This document shows positions 29,342-38,346 of a stretch of 64,000 nucleotides of DNA, piece by piece. The position numbers and the translations under genes are program-made. This DNA comes from Chloropicon primus (taxonomy: Eukaryota): NCBI GenBank assembly GCA_023205875.1, contig CP060756.1, forward strand, positions 806,001-870,000, given 5' to 3'. Numbering within the stretch: the stretch's first letter is position 1; each line of letters begins with the position of its first letter. A model generated the notes under the pieces. It saw only the letters and a list, made by a program, of their open reading frames with translations. It made no database searches and was not told the DNA's origin.

Positions 29342-31399
29342 ATGGGCGCGCGGGACGCGGTGAGCGGCCAGAAGGCGTGGAGGAAGGGGTGCGTGACGAG
29401 GGGCTCATTGGGCCGCCCCTCCCGGAGATCCGGGTGCAGGTGCGCCTTGGTCGATCATCCCACGAAGGTCGCCATCCCCTGTTCGTCGTCGTCGAACCAG
29501 GCCCACTCGACGACGAGGAGGAGGAGGAGGATCCACCGCCGCCTGTCCTCGCCTCGCACAGCTTCGACGGAGGTGGCGTCCTCCACGACCTCCGTGGTCT
29601 CGAGGTTCCTCGGCAACCAGGACAAGGACCTGGTCAAGGGCTATAGGATAGCTTCGAACTACTGGGAGGGGATGAAAAAGGGGCAGCCGGCGGGGTACAA
29701 GCCCGTCGTGTCCCAGGTCCCGAACGAGCGGGCTCCGGCGGAGGCCTCGAACGGGGCTGGGCCGGACTACGACGTCGTGGTCTGCGGCGGGAACCTCGGG
29801 ATAGCCATAGCGCTGGCGCTGCAGAACAGGGGGCACAGGGTGCTTATCGTGGAGAGGCGCCTGCTGAGGGGGAGGACCCAAGAGTGGAACGCCAGCAGGA
29901 AGGAGTGCATGAACCTCGTGAGGGCCGGGCTGCTGACGCTCGAGGAGCTCGAGGACGTCATCATATCGGAGTTCAACCCGAACAGGGTGACTTTCAAGGG
30001 GGGGGAGGATGTTTGGGTGAGCGACATACTTAATGTCGGGGTCGCGCCGGACGACCTCGTCGAGACGTTGAAGCAGAGGTTTTTGCGGAACGGGGGCAAG
30101 ATCCGCGAGCTGTGCGAGTTTCGGTCCGCCACCATCTACGACGACATGGCGGTGATCAAGGTGAAGGACAAGGGGGCGGGGAGGGGAAGCGGAGCAGAGG
30201 AGGTGCTTCTGGACATGTACGACGTGAACAAGCCTAACGCGGTGCCGACGACGACGACGGCGACGGATGCCTCCCTCGAGGGGGCGACCGCCTCGGACAC
30301 GATCACGTGCTCGCTCGTGGTGGACTGCATGGGCCACTTCAGCCCCATCGTGAAGCAGCTGAGGAAGGGAGCCAAGCCCGAGAGCATCGTGCTCGTGGTG
30401 GGAGGGTGCGTGACGCAGGGAGTGCCAAAGTTCACGACCAGCGACATTCTCGCCTCCTTCACGGACGCGGAGCGGGACATGCAGTTCTTCTGGGAGACCT
30501 TCCCGGCGAAAGAGGGAACCACGATGTACATGTTCACCTACTGCGACGCCGACGAGAGCAGGGTGTCCTTCGAGAAGTTCCTGGAATCGTTCCTGAATTA
30601 CCTTCCGTCCTACTGCAGGGAGAGGCTGGAGGCGGGGCAAGAGATCGGGATCGAGATGAGCGAGGAGGACGTGAGGGCCATTCAGGCGGACGGGGACGAG
30701 TTTTTGGACAACCTGAAGTTCAACAGGCTCTTGTTCGGGGCGTTCCCGAGCTACAAGCAGTGCCCCCTCAACAGCCCATTCGACCGACTTGTTCTGGTGG
30801 GGGATTCCAGCGCGGTGCAGAGCCCGCTGTCCTTCGGCGGCTTTGGGGCGATGCTCAGGCACGTGGGGCGCCTGGACGAGGCCATCCACGAGGCCATCGA
30901 AGGCAGCCACCTCAAGGCCTCCGACCTCAAGTTGGTCCAGCCCTACATGCCTGGTCTGGGGACGGCCTGGTTGTTCCAAAAGGCCATGGGTTTCGAGCCG
31001 TCCCAGATGGGATACGACGCGGGGTACTGCATCCCACAGAGAAAGGAGTGGACGAGGGCGCACGTCAATCGTGTTCTCAAGGCAAACTTTGCCGCCATGA
31101 AGACCATGGAAAAGACCGTGCTCCTGTCCTTTTTGCAGGACACCATACTTTTCTGGCCTCTGACGCGCACGATGTTTGCCATGACTTTCGTCGACCCGAT
31201 CGCTATTTTGAGAGTGGTTTACTTGCTGGGCCCCAGGACCCTCGCTCAGTGGTTTGTACACTACATCATGCTTGGACTCTACACATTGTGCGACTTTGTC
31301 TTCGGAAGGTTTCGGAGCCAGACGAGCAACTTCCACGTCCGCAGGTACATGGACGCTTGGCGCTACGGTTCAGGAGCTGATTTTTTTGAAGAGCACTAA
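29342..31399 (+). CDS. CruP-like FAD-dependent lycopene cyclase family protein, plastid
   Basis: DVVVCGGNLG, RGRTQEWNASRKE, DCMGHFSPIVKQ, FWETFP, QSPLSFGGFGAMLRH, QPYMP, WRYGSGAD. Confidence 0.85.
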   Translation: MGARDAVSGQKAWRKGCVTRGSLGRPSRRSGCRCALVDHPTKVAIPCSSSSNQAHSTTRRRRRIHRRLSSPRTASTEVASSTTSVVSRFLGNQDKDLVKGYRIASNYWEGMKKGQPAGYKPVVSQVPNERAPAEASNGAGPDYDVVVCGGNLGIAIALALQNRGHRVLIVERRLLRGRTQEWNASRKECMNLVRAGLLTLEELEDVIISEFNPNRVTFKGGEDVWVSDILNVGVAPDDLVETLKQRFLRNGGKIRELCEFRSATIYDDMAVIKVKDKGAGRGSGAEEVLLDMYDVNKPNAVPTTTTATDASLEGATASDTITCSLVVDCMGHFSPIVKQLRKGAKPESIVLVVGGCVTQGVPKFTTSDILASFTDAERDMQFFWETFPAKEGTTMYMFTYCDADESRVSFEKFLESFLNYLPSYCRERLEAGQEIGIEMSEEDVRAIQADGDEFLDNLKFNRLLFGAFPSYKQCPLNSPFDRLVLVGDSSAVQSPLSFGGFGAMLRHVGRLDEAIHEAIEGSHLKASDLKLVQPYMPGLGTAWLFQKAMGFEPSQMGYDAGYCIPQRKEWTRAHVNRVLKANFAAMKTMEKTVLLSFLQDTILFWPLTRTMFAMTFVDPIAILRVVYLLGPRTLAQWFVHYIMLGLYTLCDFVFGRFRSQTSNFHVRRYMDAWRYGSGADFFEEH

Positions 31400-31479
31400 T
31401 TATTCCTTTTTTTGGTTGCTTTTGTTTGTTGTTTTACACACGAGACTATTGAATTCTTATTTTTTTCGTCGTGGGTTGT

Positions 31480-32787
31480 TTACATGAGCACGCACTGGTT
31501 CTTGTTTGTTTTGCCCTTGCCCTTCTTGTTGTCCCCGTCGCTCTCGGCCTGCTGGGCGGCGGTGGGGAAGGTGAACCCTTGGATGAATTGAGTCGATATG
31601 GGCAGAGGGGTGAGGGCAGGAAGTGGCGTGTTGAAGAGAACGGGGGAAGCTCCATTCCAGGCCTTCGCGAAGATGTCCTCGAGGTTCACCGTTTCTGGAG
31701 TCTTTTCTTTCCTCGCCAGGCTCTGACCGAGGTTTCGGACGCTTGCGGCTGCTTTCTCCACCGTTACCTCCACCTTGCCCGCCGTCGCCAGGCTTTGCAG
31801 GGCTTGTGCCACGGTGATCTCCGGGGTGGTCGTCTCCGGGGTGGTCGTCTCCGGGGTGGTCGTCTCCGGGGCGGTCGTCTCCGGGGTCGCCTCGACCTCT
31901 GGGGCGCAGAACTTCACTTGCTTCGTTTCGCTCTTCCCACCGCCCTGTGAGTCGTCGTTCTCCAAATTTGCCATCACGGACTCCAAGCTCTCGATGGCCA
32001 GGCTTATCTTCTCCTTGACCCCGCTTCTCCTGCCCGTGCCCATCGCAGTGATGCTCTCCTCGATCAAGCTTTGGGCGCACGCCAGCTGGAAAGAGTGCTT
32101 CAACTCGCTTTCCACGACCGCCGTGGAGCAAGATGCTGGGGTGAGGACGCTCTTTGTGCTGAGGTTGGAACAAGTGCTCAAGCTCGATCCGCCTCCGAAG
32201 TTCAATACAATGTTTGCCTGCCCGGGGACAAAACCCTGGTCAAGGCTCGGAGTACGAATGTCGTCAACGTCGCTCTTGGACTTGCTGCTCGAAGGCACGG
32301 CAGCTGGCCTGGCTCCAGACTCCACGCTGCCCACCGGGGTCTGCACGCAAAAAACTCGAATGTCGTTGATCTCTTCCTTGACATTCTTCAAAAGGCTGTC
32401 GTACTTTGTGTTCTTGCTCTTCAGCTGCGAGAGGCACTCCATGCACTCGGAAACCCCGGCGTCGATGGTCTGCGACAGCCTGGTGAGCGCGGAAGAGTAC
32501 TGGCTCTGCTGGGGGGCAACACTTGGCGTGACGTCCTTCCCCTGCGGCGTCTCCATGACCGTGCTGACGCCTCTCCCGCTGCTCTCCTTCATTCTCTTCT
32601 TGGGTCGCGTCGACCAGCTCTTCTGATGGTCGTCCCGTGACGCTCTCGTGTTGGTTGCATCCTGCAAGACTCTCTTTGGCGTCGTCCCCATGCGAAAATC
32701 CATGAGACTCTTCCTCACCTCGCTCCCAAAGCTAGGCCGGTCGCCTGTTTTGCCAGCCTCAGCTGTCGCAAAGTCCTCGTACATCAT
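31480..32787 (-). CDS. Hypothetical low-complexity protein with polybasic tail and CaaX box (CVLM)
   Basis: Ends KKGKGKTNKNQCVLM*; PETT(T/A) x4 repeat; short coiled coil. Confidence 0.7.
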   Translation of the reverse strand: MMYEDFATAEAGKTGDRPSFGSEVRKSLMDFRMGTTPKRVLQDATNTRASRDDHQKSWSTRPKKRMKESSGRGVSTVMETPQGKDVTPSVAPQQSQYSSALTRLSQTIDAGVSECMECLSQLKSKNTKYDSLLKNVKEEINDIRVFCVQTPVGSVESGARPAAVPSSSKSKSDVDDIRTPSLDQGFVPGQANIVLNFGGGSSLSTCSNLSTKSVLTPASCSTAVVESELKHSFQLACAQSLIEESITAMGTGRRSGVKEKISLAIESLESVMANLENDDSQGGGKSETKQVKFCAPEVEATPETTAPETTTPETTTPETTTPEITVAQALQSLATAGKVEVTVEKAAASVRNLGQSLARKEKTPETVNLEDIFAKAWNGASPVLFNTPLPALTPLPISTQFIQGFTFPTAAQQAESDGDNKKGKGKTNKNQCVLM

Positions 32788-33162
32788 TCTCCCCGAGAGA
32801 ATCCCGTTCTCCGAAACCAACACACAACGAAAGCAACGATACTAACGGCAAGTTGCAACGGCCAGGTGTCACCTTTTACCCTCCTCGCTGGGCTCTCTCC
32901 TCACCCGACCCGCGCCTTGGCCAAAGTGTGGGTCGCGTCGCGTCGGTCGTTCCCCTCCAAGATCTTTGTCTGTCGCCCTCTTTGAATCCTCATCCTCATC
33001 AACGGGAAAATGTCCTGGGGATGAGGAGTGGGGGGGGGAGGAAGAGAGAGAGAGAGAAGGGGACGGCCTCGTGTCTTCGTGGCATCGAAGCGAGCAAGAT
33101 GGTTGGGGTGGTGGCATCGAAAATAATAATAATTTGATTCTGAATTGATCTTGATTTAGATT

Positions 33163-34290
33163 CTAAAACTTCTCCACGGCGAGGAAGTTGTACGCGCGCT
33201 TCCGCTTCTGGTGCCGCTGGTGCTGCTTGACAGCGATGACAGCGACGACGGACGACAGGACCAGGGTGAGGATAACGCCGAATGCTATCCACCCGCCTTG
33301 CTTCGCTGACAAGACCTCGCTGGGAAAGCTTGTGTACCCGATGCCGTACTCGGCGGGGAAAATGGCAACACCGCCCGGGCCCATGGCGTGGCAAGCGGTC
33401 TCCTGCTTCGGCTCCTGGGGCGTCCCGTCGTGGCACATGTAGTTGAAATCCACAACCTCGTGCCCCCCTCCCTGCATGCCCACCTTGACCTTCAGGGCGT
33501 ACACGTACGTCCCAGTCGGGGCGTGGCACACGAATTTGGAAGCCATGCTGTGGCACGTGATGATCCGCGCCGGCACGTTGAGCTGCCTCTCGTCGAGGAT
33601 GACCATGTCCGAGAAGTTGCCGTTCTCCAAAACGTTTCTGGACGGCGTTGGAACCTGGATGAGCTTGTGGTCCTTCAAGTCCCTCGCGGCAGGCCACATC
33701 TCGGGCTTGGCGATTGTTTCCGCGTTGCGGTCGACGACCCTCTCCTCGTACATTCCCACGAGCTCCTTGCGAGCTCCCTTGAGGATCGTGGTGGCGATCC
33801 CGCCCTCGCCGACGTCGCCCTTGTCAATGCATTTGATCTCATCGGTCCAGCCTGGGTTCTCCCTGGCCCACTTGGGGCCGTAGGGCTTCACCCCGTACTT
33901 TTCCAGCACCTTCATCACCTCGCGGTCGCGCTCGTCCTGGACCTTGTCCCAGGTGCCGTCGCACTCCATCTCGACCCTCTCGGGGAGCGTCTTCATGTGA
34001 AGCGGGTCGAGGGACTTGCCCTCCTCAAGCTTGAACCGTTTCCCGATCTTCGGGTTTTGGTGATACTTGGCCTCCTCGCCCTTGTGCGTCTCCAGAAAGA
34101 GCTGGTAGCACGCTCCGGAATACAGGGTAGAGTGGCACAGCTCCTTGTGGAGGCTCTTGAGCTCGGCGATCTTCGCGCTCTCCTCGTCATACCCGATCCT
34201 CGACCCCAGCACCCCCTGCGAAAGCAGGACGGCGGCCACCACAAAACCCGTCGTTACAGCCGTTACAGTCCTCCTTGCTCCCCTCGCCAT
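33163..34290 (-). CDS. Type I membrane protein with BURP-like domain
   Basis: Signal peptide; LFLE...IGKRFKL; C-x6-GE-x4-TT; four CH dipeptides; C-terminal TM plus basic tail. Confidence 0.7.
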   Translation of the reverse strand: MARGARRTVTAVTTGFVVAAVLLSQGVLGSRIGYDEESAKIAELKSLHKELCHSTLYSGACYQLFLETHKGEEAKYHQNPKIGKRFKLEEGKSLDPLHMKTLPERVEMECDGTWDKVQDERDREVMKVLEKYGVKPYGPKWARENPGWTDEIKCIDKGDVGEGGIATTILKGARKELVGMYEERVVDRNAETIAKPEMWPAARDLKDHKLIQVPTPSRNVLENGNFSDMVILDERQLNVPARIITCHSMASKFVCHAPTGTYVYALKVKVGMQGGGHEVVDFNYMCHDGTPQEPKQETACHAMGPGGVAIFPAEYGIGYTSFPSEVLSAKQGGWIAFGVILTLVLSSVVAVIAVKQHQRHQKRKRAYNFLAVEKF

Positions 34291-34554
34291 CCTCCCTCGT
34301 GCTGCGCTCGTTCGCGGTATCCTTCGTGGTATCGTTCGCAGTATCGTATGATGTTGTCCTACCTCGCCGCCGTGTGCGCCGTGGTCGTCCTGTTTTCTGT
34401 CGCCGCTGCCAAGCCCACACCCACCATGCATGGCGCCCATCGAAAAACCAAGTCACGGATCATGAGCCTCTCAGCAAGATCACGCCTCCAGCATGAGGAT
34501 GTACCCCTCATGCGGGCGCGCGACGCGCACACAACATCGAGGAAGACGACGACG

Positions 34555-36384
34555 ATGGTGATGACGACGATGACGAAGACGATGACGATGAGAATGATTC
34601 TGGCGGCCCTCGTGGTGGTGGGTGCCGTCTTGGTGCAGGGCGTGTCCGCCATCGATGCGAGCTCGAATGATGTGGTGGTGACGTTCACTACGATACCCTC
34701 GCGTTTGGATCAGGTGGAGAGCATGCTCACCTCGCTGACCCAGCAGGAGGGACTCGGGGGGGCTTCCCTCCACGTGTACATGGCCCTTCCGGAGACTTAC
34801 GGCGGCGTTCCCGTCGAGGCGGACGTTGGTGCCATCTCCGCGAAGCTTTCCTCGCTGCTCGAGGACTCCTCCGTGGTCAGTGACTTGGAGATCGAGGTCG
34901 TAGAGGACTTAGGTCCATCGACGAAAGTGATGCACGCCGGACTCAAGTACGGCGACGACCACCTCGTGCTCAGCGTGGACGACGACATCGCGTACAACCC
35001 CCTCATGGTCGCGACGATGCTTGGAGTGGCCAGCAGGGGGAACGGGAGGGCGGTCGTCGCCGGCTCCGTCGGGGTCATGAAGAACAAGTCCCCCATATTC
35101 TTCCACGGCAACCACACCGAGGAGGGCATGCCCGTGTTCGAAGGGTTTGCGGGTGTCCTTTACCCCAAGGGGTTTTTCACGGAGCCGCTCCTGTCCTGGA
35201 TCAGGTCGTTCAAGGACCACAAGACCTTGCGGGCTTGCATGAAGGCCGATGACTTCACTCTGTCCTTGTGGGCAGAGAGGCACGCCTTCCCCGTCATGGA
35301 GGTCCCGAACGCGGAGATCAGGAAGCTCGAGGGGGCGATGGGCGACGAGGCGTGCCTCATCGGGAGGATGGACGCCTGCAGCGCGTGGTTGAAAGTTCTC
35401 GACATCGGGGACACGGGCGCGACGCCTTCCCTCCACTTGGACACGTCCAAGGGGGACAGCGTCGAGTTCGCGTGCCCCGGGGAGGAGGACCCTCGGGGGA
35501 TCTGGCAGTGCTCGTCCAACACCATCAGGTACGCCCAGTGCGACAAGCTCTTGGAGGAGTCGCCCCTTCCTCAGGCCGAGAGCGCTCATACAGCTGTGAA
35601 GGCCGACACGATAGTGGTCGTCCTCGGCCAGGAGATCAAGGAGGACGGGAGCGTCCCGGATACCCTCGAGCGCAGAATCATGGCGACCGAGAAGCTCGTG
35701 CAGGACTTTGGGGAGGAGGCAAACACCGCCGTCCTGGCCACCGGGGCGGACGTGGGAAACTCCGGCGTGACCGAGGCTGAGTACATCGCGGAGAAGCTCG
35801 ACGGCGACCTCGAGGAGACGAACGTACCGATTATCAAGGAGCAGCAAGCGACGAACACCATCGAGAACGCCTTGTACGCCCTCCCCCTCGTTCAAGAAGC
35901 GGGGGCGAAGGAGTGCGTCGTGGTCACCAACGACTTTCACATCGCGAGGACCAAGAGGATTTTCGACATCGTCTTTGCCGACACCGGGATCGCCGTGAAG
36001 ACGTTTGCCGCGGAGGACATCGTCGTCCGCGGGTCGTCTGCCACCGCGAAGGGAAACTTCCCAACCTTGCTGGAGCGTCTCGGAAGCTACGGGGTCGACG
36101 TGGCCCGGGAAACGCTCAAGGAGCTGGACAACGCCGAGGACGCGCCCAATCCCCTGAGGCTGGAGAGCACGATCCCGGCGTACGGGAACGTCTCGCACAA
36201 CTCCCTGACATTCGAGTCCCTCGACACGAACAATTTGCTCAAGAGCCTGGTGGCCCTCCAGGTCTTCCTCATCGCGTGCGTTTGGTACCTCTCCTTTGGG
36301 AAGCTTTCGAGAGGCTACTTCAAGAAGGACAAGAGGACCAGGAACTTGATCACCGCCTCCCTCCGCCACATGCAAAGGGTCTAA
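34555..36384 (+). CDS. Secretory-pathway fusion: glycosyltransferase-like (DxD) domain + DUF218 (YdcF/ElyC-like) domain + C-terminal TM; start uncertain (in-frame ATGs from 34348)
   Basis: VVVTFTTIPSR, DLGPSTK, SVDDDIAY, EGFAGVLY, ADDF; then IVVVLG, EAEYI, EQQATNTIENA, VVTNDFHIAR. Confidence 0.8.
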   Translation: MVMTTMTKTMTMRMILAALVVVGAVLVQGVSAIDASSNDVVVTFTTIPSRLDQVESMLTSLTQQEGLGGASLHVYMALPETYGGVPVEADVGAISAKLSSLLEDSSVVSDLEIEVVEDLGPSTKVMHAGLKYGDDHLVLSVDDDIAYNPLMVATMLGVASRGNGRAVVAGSVGVMKNKSPIFFHGNHTEEGMPVFEGFAGVLYPKGFFTEPLLSWIRSFKDHKTLRACMKADDFTLSLWAERHAFPVMEVPNAEIRKLEGAMGDEACLIGRMDACSAWLKVLDIGDTGATPSLHLDTSKGDSVEFACPGEEDPRGIWQCSSNTIRYAQCDKLLEESPLPQAESAHTAVKADTIVVVLGQEIKEDGSVPDTLERRIMATEKLVQDFGEEANTAVLATGADVGNSGVTEAEYIAEKLDGDLEETNVPIIKEQQATNTIENALYALPLVQEAGAKECVVVTNDFHIARTKRIFDIVFADTGIAVKTFAAEDIVVRGSSATAKGNFPTLLERLGSYGVDVARETLKELDNAEDAPNPLRLESTIPAYGNVSHNSLTFESLDTNNLLKSLVALQVFLIACVWYLSFGKLSRGYFKKDKRTRNLITASLRHMQRV

Positions 36385-36686
36385 GAAAAACGTTTCGAAT
36401 TCTAAATTCTTCATAATTCTTTTTCAATATACCAAGGACGATTCATGATTCAGTCAGTCAGCGTCAAGATCCTTGTTCCAAGCTCCTCCGTCCTCCAAAA
36501 CGTTTTGGGCCAAGCTCTCCCGCCATCCTTTCCTTGGGATGAAAGGCCACCCGTGCGTGATGCGTGATCCGTGATCTGATTTCGCTCGATCACTCATGGT
36601 GGTTTGAGCCGCGGCACCGGAGAGAGCCGTAACAGTCGATCGAGCGTTACGGCGACACCAGAGACAAGACAAGAGAGAGAGAGACG

Positions 36687-37943
36687 ATGTGCAAGGGTCC
36701 AAACTATGGCAGCAGCGCGAGAAACGCGGCTGGCTTGAGCAGCCGGTCGATGCGAGGGTACAGCGCCAGCGCGAGGTCGTTCGAGGACAAGGCGATGAAG
36801 GTCCCCACGAAACGCGGCCTGCGGCGCGGGGCTCAAGAGGCTGGCCGCGGCAATTTCGGCAGAATCTTCTTCTGGATGTTCGTTTGGTACGCTGTGAGCC
36901 TTTTCAACCTCATCGCGAACAAGAAGCTGTTGTCCGAGTACAAAGTCAACGTGAACGTGCTTGGGATGTCGCAGTTGCTGACTTCGGCCCTCCTCGGCTT
37001 GGCGCACGCCCACGGGGACCAGCTGTGGAAGGTCGTCCGCTCGCCCTCGCGGATCGTCGAGAGGCTGGACGCTTACTTCGGAGTGCCCTTGGCGCCGACC
37101 AAAGGGTCGACGAGAGACTTGGAGATGGCAGCGCTCGTCGGCTCGGCCCCCGCGTCGTCGAAGAAGCCCGCCGCCGGCTTCAAGCTTCTCAGGACGAGGA
37201 TCAACTGGAGGAACATCAATCGCGAGCTCTGGAGGGATATGATGATCCTCGGCATGCTTCGAGGAACGACGCTCGTGCTGAGTCTGGTGGCCATCTCGTA
37301 CGTCGCCGTCTCCTTCGTGGAAACGATCAAGGCCACGGCGCCGGTGACGACGGTTGTGTTCTCCTGGTTCATCCTGAGAGAGCGGACGCCCGCTCCAGTG
37401 GTCCTCGCCCTGTTTCCGGTGATGGCCGGCTTGATCGTGTGCACGGCGAGCGAGTTGAGCTTCAACATGATTGGGTTTCTCTGCGCGGTTACTGGAAACT
37501 GCCTGGACTGCGTGCAGAATGTGCTGAGCAAGAAGATCATGGCTGGCGGGCACTTCACCCCGGTCCAGCTCCAGTTCTACGTCTCGGTCGGTGCGGCGTC
37601 TTACCAGATTCCGTTCATGGCCTGGAAGCTCTACCGCTTGGCGGGCGGCGCAGCGGCGACGGGCAGCGGCCACGAAGGGGACTGGTACGGCATGGTCCTT
37701 CCCGTCCTCCTCTGCTCCGTCACCTTCTATGTCCAGTCCATCAGCGCTTACTACACGGTGTCCCTGATCAGCTCCGTGTCCCAGAGCGTGGCCAACACCA
37801 CGAAGAGGACTCTGCTGATCTTCTTGAGCATCTTATATTTCGGGAACCCCGTGAGCGGCGCCACGGTGTTGGGAATCATGATGGTCAGCGGGGGCGTGCT
37901 GCTGTACAACATCATGCGGACAAAGTACCAAAAGACAAAATAG
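36687..37943 (+). CDS. Triose-phosphate/nucleotide-sugar transporter family (SLC35E-like)
   Basis: WYAVS...NKKLL, VAVSFVETIKATAP, QNVLSKK, SVANTTKR; multiple TM helices. Confidence 0.9.
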   Translation: MCKGPNYGSSARNAAGLSSRSMRGYSASARSFEDKAMKVPTKRGLRRGAQEAGRGNFGRIFFWMFVWYAVSLFNLIANKKLLSEYKVNVNVLGMSQLLTSALLGLAHAHGDQLWKVVRSPSRIVERLDAYFGVPLAPTKGSTRDLEMAALVGSAPASSKKPAAGFKLLRTRINWRNINRELWRDMMILGMLRGTTLVLSLVAISYVAVSFVETIKATAPVTTVVFSWFILRERTPAPVVLALFPVMAGLIVCTASELSFNMIGFLCAVTGNCLDCVQNVLSKKIMAGGHFTPVQLQFYVSVGAASYQIPFMAWKLYRLAGGAAATGSGHEGDWYGMVLPVLLCSVTFYVQSISAYYTVSLISSVSQSVANTTKRTLLIFLSILYFGNPVSGATVLGIMMVSGGVLLYNIMRTKYQKTK

Positions 37944-38346
37944 GCGGACAGGCACTTGCGGGTGTGTACTTGCTGGTTTAGGTCTTGTAATCGTATTGTA
38001 TTCTATTTATTTTCCAGAATGATGCATTCACTTCTGAAGACTCGGCCGCCCAGTTGCCCGTCACCCATCGATGCAGAGGGAGTGCGTGCGTCCGAGAGAC
38101 GAGAGGGAGGGAACCCCCCATCTTGCCTCTTCCCAGCGTTTCATCCGTCATCCATCCCCCCAAGATCCAGGAGAGGAAGGAGGACAATCTTGCTCCCCCT
38201 CCCCCTCCCCTTCCTTCCTCGATGCATTTCATTTTTTCAAATTTGAAGTAGCGGATTTTTTTTTGTGAAGGCTGGAAGCGCCGATGAGAGAAAGAGAAGG
38301 AGAGCACGATCACTCGTGCGCGTCGTGTCGAGCTGAGGAGAGCAAG

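Noticed and set aside
12333..31882. Tandem repeats (His loop, 48-bp Pro units, 15-bp PETTT) as possible CRISPR-like arrays
   Set aside because: No unique spacers, all in-frame coding repeats, no cas genes, eukaryotic context
33388..34347. N-terminal third of the 998-aa ORF
   Set aside because: Antisense to the BURP-like gene; non-ATG start
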